NCBI GenBank assembly: GCA_034669905.1
Contig: JAXMOL010000023.1
Coordinates: 1-64,000, forward strand
DNA: 64,000 nt
Origin: Candidatus Hydrogenedentota bacterium
Lineage (GTDB): Bacteria > Hydrogenedentota > Hydrogenedentia > Hydrogenedentales > JAEUWI01
Direction of reading: 5' to 3'
Position 1 is the first letter of the stretch. Each line of letters starts with the position of its first letter. The position numbers and the translations under genes are program-made. Below, piece after piece: positions 36,835 through 47,351 of this stretch. The notes under the pieces are model-generated. The model had not been told where the DNA came from and made no database searches. It saw nothing but the letters and a program-made list of their open reading frames with translations.

Positions 36835-38634
36835 ATGTCACGCTCTACACTGACACTCTCCCTGCTCCTTTCTGTGCTCCTATGCCCCTTCCACATGGCA
36901 GTGGCATCAGAAAACAGGATTCCCGTGGTCCCCGACAATTCCACGGTATATCTCTCCGATATGACCCGTTGTCTTCCGGCGAGCGCCCATTCCGCCGCCA
37001 GCAGCCCCACCCAGTGGCGGGCCATACCCTATGAGTCGGCCGAGGTTCGTGGAACCCTGCTCTATGCCCCCTCGTTTGTGAACGCGCCTGAAATCGAAGT
37101 GCCACTCGACGCTACGGGCTGGCACCACATCCGAATCGGGATCTGGCAGCCCGCCTTCGCCTACGACGGAGACACACGACTCCGGGTCAAGCTGAGTGGC
37201 GACCCCGCTTTCCGCCGAATCCAGCCCCCTAAAACGGCAGACAACCAGAAGAACACCTTTATCCGGGAGCTCTACCTCCGGGCCGCCGACCTGACCGAGC
37301 AAGCGCTGATTATTCGAAAGATGAATGGTATCGTGGGACGTGCGGCCGCCGTTGCCTATGTACGGCTCGACCCCATCCCGGCCGACGAGGTGGCACGCAT
37401 TGAAGCCGACCGAGCCCAACAGGAGACCCGCAATCTGGTCGCTACCATCGATGGCGTCAGCTACCTGCACTACGGCGAGTATTCCGAGCCCGCCGACGTG
37501 TTGGACCAGATAGAACTCTATCGCCATTCGGATGTGGCGAAGGTGTTGTGGGCGGTCAATTATGGCGATCGGACGAATTATCCGACCTCGGTTCCGGGGG
37601 CCCTCTTTCTCGGCGAACATGGCCGAACGAAAAACATCACCCAGTACGGCACAAACGACTACGTCCGTGGCGAGCAGCAGGCCCATAAGGCCTTCCGTGA
37701 TTTCGCGGCCGCAGGCCAGATACCGCAGGTCATTGCCGCCGAACACGCCCATTCGATGGGCCTGAAATTCGATGTCATGTTTCGCCTTGGCATACTCGGC
37801 GACCTCGGCTTCGTCGATTTAGGGGGCAAAGGTTTTTTTGAGGAATACCCCCACTGTCGACAGGTCCTGGCCGATGGGACGGTGGTCGACAAAGCGAGCT
37901 ATGCTTTTCCCGAAACCCAGGACTTCACCCTGGCACTCATGCGGGAGACTTTGGCGCAGGTCGATGCCGACGGTATCAACCTGTGCTTCGTCCGGGGCCC
38001 CCACGCCCTTCAATACGAGACCCCAGTCCTCGAACGCTTCGAGGACACCTATAAAGAAGACGCGCGAAAGGTCCCTGCCGACGATCCACGCCTCCAGGCG
38101 GTCCGAATTTCCTTCATGAACGAATACCTGGAAAAGGTCCACAGGCTCACCGAAGAAATCGCTGCCCAGCGAGGCCGCGCCTTAAACCTCTCGGTCTGGG
38201 TCTGGCCCAGTGAACAGGGCGTTTGGCTTGGTGGTACGCCGGAAGCCGAAGGCCTCGACGTAAAGCACTGGATTAAACAAGGCTGGCTCGATAGCGTCAT
38301 CTGCCAGGAGGGCGTAGATGAAGAATACATCGCGCTCGGAAAAGAAACCGGCTGTGAGTTTGTGTTGTTCACCGGGTACCGCGGTGAGAAAGCCATGAGC
38401 CCCGCCAGCGTCACCGCCGCCTACGCCCAGGGCGTGACGCAATTCGCCTATTGGGATATGGATGCCGTGCAGAACATGCCCGACCCCTGGAACTGGCTCC
38501 GTCGCATTGGCCACCGGGAAGAAATGGCCAACTGGGAGAATTACAAGCCGAATGGTCGGCTCCTCCCGCTGGAACGCGTGGGTGGGGTCGACGTAGCCCG
38601 TGGCCTGGTGGACGCCGTCTACTCGGGCGGCTGA
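36835..38634 (+). CDS. Secreted GHL/DUF187-like TIM-barrel protein with an N-terminal beta-sandwich
   Basis: Signal peptide from MSRSTL; HAHSMGLKF, FFEEYPH, SYAFPE, DADGINLCFVRGP, WIKQGWLD. Confidence 0.7.
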   Translation: MSRSTLTLSLLLSVLLCPFHMAVASENRIPVVPDNSTVYLSDMTRCLPASAHSAASSPTQWRAIPYESAEVRGTLLYAPSFVNAPEIEVPLDATGWHHIRIGIWQPAFAYDGDTRLRVKLSGDPAFRRIQPPKTADNQKNTFIRELYLRAADLTEQALIIRKMNGIVGRAAAVAYVRLDPIPADEVARIEADRAQQETRNLVATIDGVSYLHYGEYSEPADVLDQIELYRHSDVAKVLWAVNYGDRTNYPTSVPGALFLGEHGRTKNITQYGTNDYVRGEQQAHKAFRDFAAAGQIPQVIAAEHAHSMGLKFDVMFRLGILGDLGFVDLGGKGFFEEYPHCRQVLADGTVVDKASYAFPETQDFTLALMRETLAQVDADGINLCFVRGPHALQYETPVLERFEDTYKEDARKVPADDPRLQAVRISFMNEYLEKVHRLTEEIAAQRGRALNLSVWVWPSEQGVWLGGTPEAEGLDVKHWIKQGWLDSVICQEGVDEEYIALGKETGCEFVLFTGYRGEKAMSPASVTAAYAQGVTQFAYWDMDAVQNMPDPWNWLRRIGHREEMANWENYKPNGRLLPLERVGGVDVARGLVDAVYSGG

Positions 38635-38766
38635 CCCAGCATACATTCATGCCGTAATCGGAGCGAAGCAGCTACTCCAATAACATTGACACCCTACGGT
38701 GGGGCGCATGGCGCTCCACCGTTTTTACCAGAACTCCGCACGGTACCTGCCATTCCGGCCAACGCC

Positions 38767-39663
38767 CTAGTCCAAGAGGTCGCGCAGTGCCCCCTCCAGT
38801 TCGGGAAACTGGAACGTGTAATCCGTCGAGACCAGTCGCTCCGGTTTGATGCGCATGCTGGCCAGTAGCATCTCATCAGCCATCTCCCCCAGTACCGTGC
38901 GCAATACCGGCGTGGGCGCCGGCAAAAAGGTGGGACGCCCCAAAACCTTACCCAACGTTTTCGTGAAGGTCTTATTGGTCACGGGCGAAGGGGCCACGCC
39001 ATTAACGGGACCCACGAGTTCGGCCGTATTGATGGCATGCACGATAGCCCCCACCAAATCATTCAAATGAATCCAACTCATCCACGGCTTGCCACCACCC
39101 AGAGTCCCCCCCAGGCCGCACTTGAAGGGGGGCAACATCTTGGCCAATGCACCACCAGCGCCGCTCAAGACCAGGCCGATACGAAGGTTTACGACACGTA
39201 TACCCGCCTCCTTCGCAGACGCGGTGCTTTCTTCCCAGGCCTGACACACTTCCGCCAGAAAGCCACTGCCTACAGCACTGTCCTCTGTGAGCACCTCATC
39301 GCCCCGACTCCCGTAATAGCCCATGGCCGAGGCGGCGATAAGTGTCGTGGGGGGCGTTTTGCAGGCGGCCAGGCGCTCGCAAAGCAACTGGGTCCCCATG
39401 ACACGGCTGTCACGAATACGGGCTTTGCGCTCGGGCGTCCAACGGCCTGCGGCAATGGGTTCCCCTGCCAGGTGAACCACCGCATCGAACCCTTCCAAAT
39501 CATCGGGCGACAGAATGCCTTTGGCCGGGTCCCAGTAAACTGCCTCCGAGGAATGGGGGCTGGCATTGCGCACCATCCGCCGAACGACATGTTCATCCGC
39601 TTCCAATCGCTGAGACAGGGCGCTACCTACCAGTCCTGTGGCTCCACTTACGAGTATATTCAT
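38767..39663 (-). CDS. TIGR01777-like NAD-dependent epimerase family protein (YfcH-like)
   Basis: VSGATGLVG, HLAGEPI, RWT, SRV, GFLAEVC, SWIHL; AAGGAGG RBS. Confidence 0.93.
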   Translation of the reverse strand: MNILVSGATGLVGSALSQRLEADEHVVRRMVRNASPHSSEAVYWDPAKGILSPDDLEGFDAVVHLAGEPIAAGRWTPERKARIRDSRVMGTQLLCERLAACKTPPTTLIAASAMGYYGSRGDEVLTEDSAVGSGFLAEVCQAWEESTASAKEAGIRVVNLRIGLVLSGAGGALAKMLPPFKCGLGGTLGGGKPWMSWIHLNDLVGAIVHAINTAELVGPVNGVAPSPVTNKTFTKTLGKVLGRPTFLPAPTPVLRTVLGEMADEMLLASMRIKPERLVSTDYTFQFPELEGALRDLLD

Positions 39664-39928
39664 GGGTGTGCCTCCTTTGTGAATGTCATCGCCCCATCCT
39701 ATCACGTCTGCTCGGATGACACGAGCCAAGCGGATGGGTTCTTTCGCCCTATCTGGCACGAGGCCCCCGCTCCATTTACGGTATCCAGCTGAACTCGCAG
39801 CGAGTACGCCGGTATTGGGCTTCCTCCCTGCCACCTCCCATGTGGTTAGAGTGCCCCAGACCCAATTAGTTGACATGAATAAATATTCCATATAACATAA
39901 ATTTCTGTAACACCAAAAGGAAGTCTAC

Positions 39929-40411
39929 ATGACACCAAGTCGCCTGCAGAAAGCACTAAAGAAGAAGCTGCCCTTCGATTCCCCGGAACACGAAGCAAAC
40001 CTCAATATTCTACGTACCAGCGACCAGTTCGAGATTCGAATTGCCAGACTCTTACGCGAATATGATCTCACCGCGTCCCAATATAACGTACTGCGAATCC
40101 TACGGGGTTCGGGGCAACCGCTGCCTTCCTCGGAGATTGCGGAACGACTGCTACAAGTCGTACCCGCTATCACCGGCCTGATCGACCGACTTGAAAAGCA
40201 GGGCCTCGTATCCAGGCAACGCTGCACCAAGGATCGGCGGGTTATCTATGTTGAAGCCACGGAAAAAGCACTTAACATCATCGAGCAAGTCGACGCACCA
40301 TTGGCTAACTTGCACCACCAACTGATTGGGCACCTGTCCAGGGAAGAACTTGAGGAGTTGTCGCGTCTGCTGGAGAAAGCCCGACGCTCTGTGGAGAACA
40401 ACGAAATATGA
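39929..40411 (+). CDS. MarR family transcriptional regulator
   Basis: LTASQYNVLRILRG, ITGLIDRLEKQGLV, DRRV. Confidence 0.95.
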   Translation: MTPSRLQKALKKKLPFDSPEHEANLNILRTSDQFEIRIARLLREYDLTASQYNVLRILRGSGQPLPSSEIAERLLQVVPAITGLIDRLEKQGLVSRQRCTKDRRVIYVEATEKALNIIEQVDAPLANLHHQLIGHLSREELEELSRLLEKARRSVENNEI

Positions 40412-41328
40412 ACAACAACGCGGAAAGAATATCCATGGAAGATATCACCCTCTCGAAACGCCACTCACGCAGCCTCAGAATCGGACGAGCGTTGCTTATC
40501 TTCGGCGTCTCAGTCGCTTGTATGGGAACACCGAACGCCACGGCCTCTTCCGAAGAGAAAGACGCTCCAGAGAAACCACACCATGTCGCTACCGAGGGCA
40601 CCTGGACACCGTTATTCAACGGGGTAAATCTTGATAACTGGGATCGTGTAATCGGAAGGCAGGGACCCCTTCGCCTGAATGAGGACCCCGATCGGATATT
40701 CCAGGTCCATGACGGGATGGTGCACATGTACAAGGATACGGAAGACAAATCCGTGGTCCAATATGGATACATCCTGACCAAGAAAAGCTACTCTCACTAT
40801 CACCTCCGATTCGAATTCAAGTGGGGAACGAAGAAGTTTAAGCCACGCCTGGAAATGCCGCGAGATGCGGGCGTGCTCTATCACATTGCCGGGGACAAGG
40901 TGGTCTGGCCTCGGAGTCTCGAGCTTCAGGTGGAAGAAAAGGGTGTCGGTGATTTCCTCACGGTTTATGGTACCCAGGCCAAGACCACGGTTGACCCCGA
41001 ATCGATAGACAAACAACGGGTGGGAAACGCACGCTTCCGGGAACCTGCCCAGGGAGGCGTTCCGTTCGTGTCGGGTGGGCCGAACGTATACTGGGTCTAC
41101 CGCCATCCGGATGCGGAGCAGGAAGGATGGAACACGGTAGAATTAATTGTTCATGGTGCCGAGAGCGCCATACACAAGGTGAACGGCCAGGTTGTGAACC
41201 GCCTTACCGACCTGCGTCAACTCGGCGCGGACGGCAAGTCCTGGATACCGCTCGTGGAGGGAAAGATCCTCTTCCAGGCCGAAGCTGCGGAGGTTTTTTA
41301 CCGGAACATCGAGATAATGGAGTTGTAG
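40408..41328 (+). CDS. DUF1080 (3-keto-disaccharide hydrolase-like) secreted protein
   Basis: WTPLFNG.NLDNW, YHLRFEFKWG, RDAGVLYH, ELQV, WNTVE, GKILFQAEAAEVFYRNI. Confidence 0.9.
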   Translation: MNNNAERISMEDITLSKRHSRSLRIGRALLIFGVSVACMGTPNATASSEEKDAPEKPHHVATEGTWTPLFNGVNLDNWDRVIGRQGPLRLNEDPDRIFQVHDGMVHMYKDTEDKSVVQYGYILTKKSYSHYHLRFEFKWGTKKFKPRLEMPRDAGVLYHIAGDKVVWPRSLELQVEEKGVGDFLTVYGTQAKTTVDPESIDKQRVGNARFREPAQGGVPFVSGGPNVYWVYRHPDAEQEGWNTVELIVHGAESAIHKVNGQVVNRLTDLRQLGADGKSWIPLVEGKILFQAEAAEVFYRNIEIMEL

Positions 41329-41439
41329 GCTTGCAGGGCCAATCCAGCCCTCCAACCCACGCCCAGGAAAAACTTCCCCGTGCAAAGTACAATGACGTGG
41401 GTGTTTGAAAAGGCCCGCCCCTCCAACGGAAAGGACGTT

Positions 41440-44400
41440 ATGAAACAGAGTCGCCCCAACGGCAGCATCATTGATGCCGTTATCCCGCGAGTAACCGGTG
41501 CAGGTTCTGCCTCGGCCCTGCGAATCTATGCCGTGTCCGCCCTCTTTCTGGGAATCGTTGTCGCCCAACTGACCCATGGCGCAGACAGCCCCCCCTTTGA
41601 AGCTGGGGCGAGTGCCGTTGATATTTCCCCGCCGAACTATCCCGTGCGGGTCAACGGAATGTTCAACGAGCGCAGTGCCGACAGCGCCTTGGATTCCCTC
41701 TATGCGCGGGCATTCGCCCTGAGCCAAGGTGATGAGCACATTCTCTTCTGCATTGTCGATACCTGCATGATGGAACAATCGCTCATCGACACGGCGAAAC
41801 AATCGGCGTCGAATGCGACGGGGATTGCACCTGACCGCATGATGGTATCGGCGACCCACACCCATAGCGCCCCCTCGGCCATGCAGTGCCTCGGTAGTCG
41901 GCAGGATCCGGACTACGCAGCGTGGCTACCAGGCAAGATCAGCGAGGCCCTGGTGGCCGCTGTTCAAAACCTGGAGGCGGCCCAAGTCGGCTGGGCGTCG
42001 GTGGATGACTGGGCGCACACCCACAACCGCCGTTGGATTCGGCGGGCGGACAAGACCTTCGATGACCCCTTCGGCAACCTGAACGTCCGCGCCCATATGC
42101 ACCCCGGCTACGAAAGTGGCGATGTCATTGGACCGTCGGGACCTGTGGACCCGGGATTGAGCTTGCTCGCGGCGCGCCGTCCGGATGGCACGCCCATTGC
42201 CTTACTCGCTAACTACTCCCAACATTACTACGGCTCCCCCCTCCTCTCCGCCGACTACTACGGTGCCTTTGCCCGCGACATGGCCCGGCGACTTGACCAA
42301 CCCTCCAGCGAGGGCCCCTTTGTGGCCATGATGTCCCAGGGGACCAGCGGGGATCTCATGTGGATGGACTATGGGGCACCCAAAAAGGATGGTAATTTCG
42401 AACAGTATGCCGAGGAAGTAGCTGCCCGTGCCATGGAAGCCTACCGCTCCATTTCCTGGAAAGACGACGTGCCCCTCGGGATGGTCGAAAAGACCTTGAC
42501 CTTGAAATGGCGCGTTCCCGATGCCGAGCGCCTTACGTGGGCCCAGAAACGAATCGAAGCCCTCGACGGGGCCCTGCCTGTCCAGCGCCCGGACATCTAC
42601 GCCCAGGAGGCCCTCTTTCTCCATGAGCGTCAGCAGACTGAACTGAAGGTGCAGGCCATCCGCATTGGCGATCTCAGTATTGCCACCCTGCCCAATGAGG
42701 TCTATGCGATCACTGGCCTCAAGCTGAAAGGCCAGTCGCCGTTGGACACCCATTTCAACATCGAGTTAGCCAATGGTTCGGTGGGGTACATACCACCACC
42801 CGAGCAACACGCGCTGGGCGGCTACACCACATGGCCAGCACGGACCGCCGGCCTGGAAGTTCAGGCCGAACCCATCATTGTCGAAACCCTGCTGCAGTCC
42901 CTGGAAGAAGTGACCGGCCAATCCCGTAGCCCCCTCGCACATAAACCGGGTGCCTACACCGAAGCCGTCCTGGCTCGGAATCCCCTGGCCTACTGGCGGC
43001 TCGACGAAATCGAGGGGCGGGTAGCCCACAACGCGGTGGATGGTGGCCCGGAGGGTGAACTTACTGGTGGCGTCGCCCTCTATCTCCCCGGCGCGGGCAG
43101 TGGCTCAGGCAGTGGCCCCCAGGAAGCACTCCGCCCCTCCGCTTTCTCCAGCCCGAATCAAATCAATCGGGCCATGCATTTCGTTTCGGATGGCCACTTA
43201 GCGGCAACCGGGACTGGCCTGAGCGAAGACTTCTCTATCGCATTCTGGTTCTGGTTGGGCGAACGCAGTGGCGTCAGTGCCCGTAGCGGCGACCTGCTCC
43301 AGCTCCCGAATGGCGAACGCGTACACTATTCCATGGACGAGACAGGCATCAGCCATCTTCTTTTATCGGGGGTAATTGACACCGCCCTTCCCACGCCCGG
43401 CCAAACGGCCCTCGCGCCCGGCACCTGGCACTTTGCCGTGCTCACCCAAAAGGATGAGACCCTGTCGCTCTTCGTCAATGGTGGGGATAATCCGGACGTA
43501 CCCGCCTTGACCATTGCCCCATTGGAAGGCGCCGACCTCCGTTTCGGCAATGGACTCGAAGGAAAACTCGATGAAATCGCTGTGTTCCCCGCCGCCCTGA
43601 GTAGGGAAGAACAAGGGGCGCTCTGGGAAGCATCGGGCATGGACGAGATGCAACGGCAAGCCCGTGCCCGTGCCCGCAAGGCCGACGAAGCATTGGCGGC
43701 ACTTTCCGCCCCTCCCCAATTCCCCGACACCTATTCGAAACGCATCACCGACCTGAAGCCCCGTATCTACGCCCCGCTGAACGGGCCCGCCACGGAACTC
43801 GTTCCCGAGGGGAGCACCAGGCTCAGTGCGACTGGCTATGCGGCCATTCAGGCAGGCCGCATCCGCAGCAGTGCCCCCGAGCTCGGTGAAACCTACAGTG
43901 TGGCCTTCTGGTTCAAGAACACCATCGATAACGCCCTGCGTCCCGTGACTGCCTACCTCTTTTCTCGCGGCCCCCAAGGTGACGCCGAGGCACCTGGTGA
44001 CCACCTGGGAATCGGTGGTCACCACCGGGACCAGTCAGGACATCTCATCCTCTTCAACGGAAACGACAAGGGCGACGTAACGGTCGGCACCACGACGATT
44101 CCGCCCAACACCTGGAATCATGTGGTCTTGGTACGGGACGGAAGGAAAATCCGGGCCTGGCTGAACGGTGTGCCGGAACTCGAAGGGGAAATTGAAGCTA
44201 CTGCAGCGGACAGCGCCGACATATTCCTAGGCGCCCGCAGTGATAAATTCGCTCCCCTCGTGGGCTATATGGCCGAGTTTTCCCTCTTCGATCGGGCCCT
44301 GACGCCGGACGAAGCCCTGGTACTCCACGAAGCCTCTGGACAGCCCATGGGCGCGATTGGCTCCGAAGCGAGCACCCAGACAGCCCAACTCTCCGCCCCA

Positions 44401-47223
44401 CCCCTCGCACCGGATGAAGCACGTAAGGCCATCCACGTACCTGAAGGGTTCACCGTCGATCTGGTGGCTTCCGAGCCCCAACTCCTCGACCCCGTGGCCT
44501 TTGACTGGGATGCGGACGGCAGGCTCTGGGTGGTCGAAATGGCGGACTATCCCCTCGGCCTCGATGACACGGGGGCCGCTGGTGGAAGGGTCCGGGTGTT
44601 GGAAGATAAGGACCAGGATGGCACCTATGAATCCAGCGCGCTATTCGCCGAAGGCCTCAACTTTCCCACCGGCATATTGACCTGGCGCGATGGCGTGATC
44701 GTCACCGCTGCACCGGACGTCTTGCTCCTGCGTGACACCACGGGTGACGGCCGGGCCGATGTACGGGAAGTCCTCCTCACCGGTTTGAGTGAAGGCAACC
44801 AGCAATTGCGGGCCAATGGCCTTCGCTGGGGCTTGGACAACTGGGTCTATGTGGCGGCGGGGGGCCACCATGGCAAGTATGCCCTCGAGACCAAGTTGCG
44901 CTCGACACGAGCGGGCACGGACACGCAAATCGGCAGCCGGGACTTTCGCTTTAACCCCGACACCGGTGTCGTCGAACCCCAAAGCGGTCCCACCCAATTT
45001 GGCCGAAACCGGGATGACTGGGGCCACTGGTTTGGCACACAGAATTCTCGCCCGCTGTGGCACTACGCCCTGCCCGACCACTACCTGCAACGCAATCCCT
45101 ATTATGCGGCCCCCGATGGGCAGGTTCAGGTACTCGGGGAAGTGGGCGCCCCGGTGTACCCCGCCAGTGCGCTCCAAAAACGCTTTCACGACTTCAAGGC
45201 TTCCGGGCGCTTTACCTCGGCGTGCAGTGGCATGATCTATCGGGATGGTCTGCTCTTCCCCGCCGAGGAGATGAACGGCTTCGCCTGCGAACCCTTCCAC
45301 AATCTGGTACAGCGCATTGCTCTGGAGCCGGAAGGTGTAACCTTTCGCGGAACGCGGGCGGGCCTCCCGGATGGGCCGGATTTCTTCGCCAGTGAAGACC
45401 GCTGGTGTCGCCCGGTCATGGTGCGGACCGGGCCCGATGGTGGCCTGTGGGTGGCAGACATGTATCGCTATATGATCGAGCACCCCCAGTGGCTCCCCGA
45501 GGAGGGCAAGGCGGAACTCCTGCCCTTTTACCGCGAGGGAGAGGATAAAGGGCGAATCTATCGCGTGCGGCCTGAGGGGAAAGCCCCCCGTCCCATACCG
45601 GTCCTGGCGGACATGGACAATCGCGCCCTGGCCTTACAGCTGGCCTCGCACAATGGCTGGGTCCGTGATAAGGCACAGCAACTCTTGCTCTGGCGCGATG
45701 GACAGGATGCCGCACCCACCCTGGAACACGTGCTTTCCGAGTCGGGTCCCCGGGGCCAGGTGCACGCACTAAGTACCCTGGATGGATTGGGACTCCTGAA
45801 ACCGGAACACCTGGTTCCTGCCCTTTCCAAGGCGAATCACCCGGGTGTGCTGGAGAACGCGTTGCGTCTTGCCGAACGCCATGCCACGCCGCAGGTCGTT
45901 TCGGCCGCATGCGCGCTGGTAGACAGTCCCGACCCGAAAGTGCGGCAACAGCTCGCCTTCAGCCTCGGGGCATTCCCGCCCACGCCGGAAATCGCCGATG
46001 CCCTCGCCGATCTCCTGCTCCAGGATCACGATGACGCCTTCCTGCAGGCCGCCGCCCTGTCTTCGGCACTCCCCCACCAGGAAGCGCTCATTGCCACGTT
46101 GGTCACCCGGAATGACGCGGCGCTTCCCGCCATTCGCCAGGTATTGGCGGAAATGGCCCTGGCCGCCGACAACACCAACGCCCTGACGGCCCTGTTGGCG
46201 CCCCTCTTGCAAACGGCCCAGTCCGACCTGAGCCAACCCAACGTGGATGCTACCGTCGCACTCCTGGACCTCGTGGAACAACGGGGAAAAAGCCTGGAAG
46301 CCATTTCGACTGAATTGGCAGAACACTACGCCGCACTACGTCAAGGGGCACGGGCAGCGATGGGCGACGTCGACACGGCGGCCTCCACCCGCATCGCCGC
46401 CGCAACGGTGCTCTCCCGCCTTCCAACCGACCAGGAAGTGGTTGTGGACTACCTTGCGACCCAACTGGATATTCAGGGCAGCCCCGAGAATCTTCGCCAC
46501 AGTCTCACCGCCCTGGCCCGTACCAATGATGCCCGTGTTCCCGGACTGCTCATTGGTGCCTGGCCACGCCTCCTTCCGCAGGCACGGGAACAGGTCGTGG
46601 ACATCCTCCTCGCCCGCCGCGCCTGGACCTCGGAGCTCCTTCAAGGACTGGACAAAAACCATATTCGAATGACCGACCTGGCACCCGTGCGGCGCACCCA
46701 CCTGCTCAATCACCCCGATGATGACCTGCAAAACCGCGCCAAAGCGCTCTTCGCCCGGCAAAACAATCCGGAACGTGCGGCCGTTATCGCCGCCTACCAA
46801 CCGGCCCTGACCCTCCCGGGTGAGCCGACTCGGGGCCGCGCGCTTTATGCGGAATCCTGTGCCCCCTGCCATGCCCTCGCCGGTATGGGACTCGCCATTG
46901 GGCCGGACTTGCGTACCGTGGCTTCCCACCCGAAAGAGAAGCTGCTGGCCAACATCCTCGACCCCAATCTCGATATCCAGCCTGGTTATCATGCCTACTA
47001 TTGCGAGCTGGAAGATGGCGAGAACCTCTTTGGCCTCATCGCCTCGGAAAACGCCACCAGCATCACCATGAAATTGCCGGGGGCCATCGTGCGCACCATC
47101 CTTCGCAGTGACATCTATCTGCTTGAGAGCACTTCCATCTCCATGATGCCCGACGGCTGGGAAGCCACCATGACCCCCGAAGACGTGGCCGACCTCATCG
47201 CCTTCCTGCAATCACCCGGCTGA
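41440..47223 (+). CDS. Giant fusion: ceramidase-like domain + two LamG domains + PVC-type heme-binding protein (propeller, HEAT repeats, cytochrome c)
   Basis: SATHTHSAP, GYIPP; LAYWRLDE and WNHVVLVR LamG motifs; LVASEP..DPVAFDWDADGRLWV, GPDGGLWVADMYR; CAPCH, IGPDL, SMMPDG; start estimated. Confidence 0.88.
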   Translation: MKQSRPNGSIIDAVIPRVTGAGSASALRIYAVSALFLGIVVAQLTHGADSPPFEAGASAVDISPPNYPVRVNGMFNERSADSALDSLYARAFALSQGDEHILFCIVDTCMMEQSLIDTAKQSASNATGIAPDRMMVSATHTHSAPSAMQCLGSRQDPDYAAWLPGKISEALVAAVQNLEAAQVGWASVDDWAHTHNRRWIRRADKTFDDPFGNLNVRAHMHPGYESGDVIGPSGPVDPGLSLLAARRPDGTPIALLANYSQHYYGSPLLSADYYGAFARDMARRLDQPSSEGPFVAMMSQGTSGDLMWMDYGAPKKDGNFEQYAEEVAARAMEAYRSISWKDDVPLGMVEKTLTLKWRVPDAERLTWAQKRIEALDGALPVQRPDIYAQEALFLHERQQTELKVQAIRIGDLSIATLPNEVYAITGLKLKGQSPLDTHFNIELANGSVGYIPPPEQHALGGYTTWPARTAGLEVQAEPIIVETLLQSLEEVTGQSRSPLAHKPGAYTEAVLARNPLAYWRLDEIEGRVAHNAVDGGPEGELTGGVALYLPGAGSGSGSGPQEALRPSAFSSPNQINRAMHFVSDGHLAATGTGLSEDFSIAFWFWLGERSGVSARSGDLLQLPNGERVHYSMDETGISHLLLSGVIDTALPTPGQTALAPGTWHFAVLTQKDETLSLFVNGGDNPDVPALTIAPLEGADLRFGNGLEGKLDEIAVFPAALSREEQGALWEASGMDEMQRQARARARKADEALAALSAPPQFPDTYSKRITDLKPRIYAPLNGPATELVPEGSTRLSATGYAAIQAGRIRSSAPELGETYSVAFWFKNTIDNALRPVTAYLFSRGPQGDAEAPGDHLGIGGHHRDQSGHLILFNGNDKGDVTVGTTTIPPNTWNHVVLVRDGRKIRAWLNGVPELEGEIEATAADSADIFLGARSDKFAPLVGYMAEFSLFDRALTPDEALVLHEASGQPMGAIGSEASTQTAQLSAPPLAPDEARKAIHVPEGFTVDLVASEPQLLDPVAFDWDADGRLWVVEMADYPLGLDDTGAAGGRVRVLEDKDQDGTYESSALFAEGLNFPTGILTWRDGVIVTAAPDVLLLRDTTGDGRADVREVLLTGLSEGNQQLRANGLRWGLDNWVYVAAGGHHGKYALETKLRSTRAGTDTQIGSRDFRFNPDTGVVEPQSGPTQFGRNRDDWGHWFGTQNSRPLWHYALPDHYLQRNPYYAAPDGQVQVLGEVGAPVYPASALQKRFHDFKASGRFTSACSGMIYRDGLLFPAEEMNGFACEPFHNLVQRIALEPEGVTFRGTRAGLPDGPDFFASEDRWCRPVMVRTGPDGGLWVADMYRYMIEHPQWLPEEGKAELLPFYREGEDKGRIYRVRPEGKAPRPIPVLADMDNRALALQLASHNGWVRDKAQQLLLWRDGQDAAPTLEHVLSESGPRGQVHALSTLDGLGLLKPEHLVPALSKANHPGVLENALRLAERHATPQVVSAACALVDSPDPKVRQQLAFSLGAFPPTPEIADALADLLLQDHDDAFLQAAALSSALPHQEALIATLVTRNDAALPAIRQVLAEMALAADNTNALTALLAPLLQTAQSDLSQPNVDATVALLDLVEQRGKSLEAISTELAEHYAALRQGARAAMGDVDTAASTRIAAATVLSRLPTDQEVVVDYLATQLDIQGSPENLRHSLTALARTNDARVPGLLIGAWPRLLPQAREQVVDILLARRAWTSELLQGLDKNHIRMTDLAPVRRTHLLNHPDDDLQNRAKALFARQNNPERAAVIAAYQPALTLPGEPTRGRALYAESCAPCHALAGMGLAIGPDLRTVASHPKEKLLANILDPNLDIQPGYHAYYCELEDGENLFGLIASENATSITMKLPGAIVRTILRSDIYLLESTSISMMPDGWEATMTPEDVADLIAFLQSPG

Positions 47224-47351
47224 GGCACGTCCTTGCGTTAAGCCCCAAACCTATGAGAAGCGCGGCGACCGACTCCGTGTGGAGAACCGGTCGCCGCGCG
47301 TTATATCTCGCACGACAGGCTTGTCCGGCGCAGCACAAGCACGCCCTTCTG

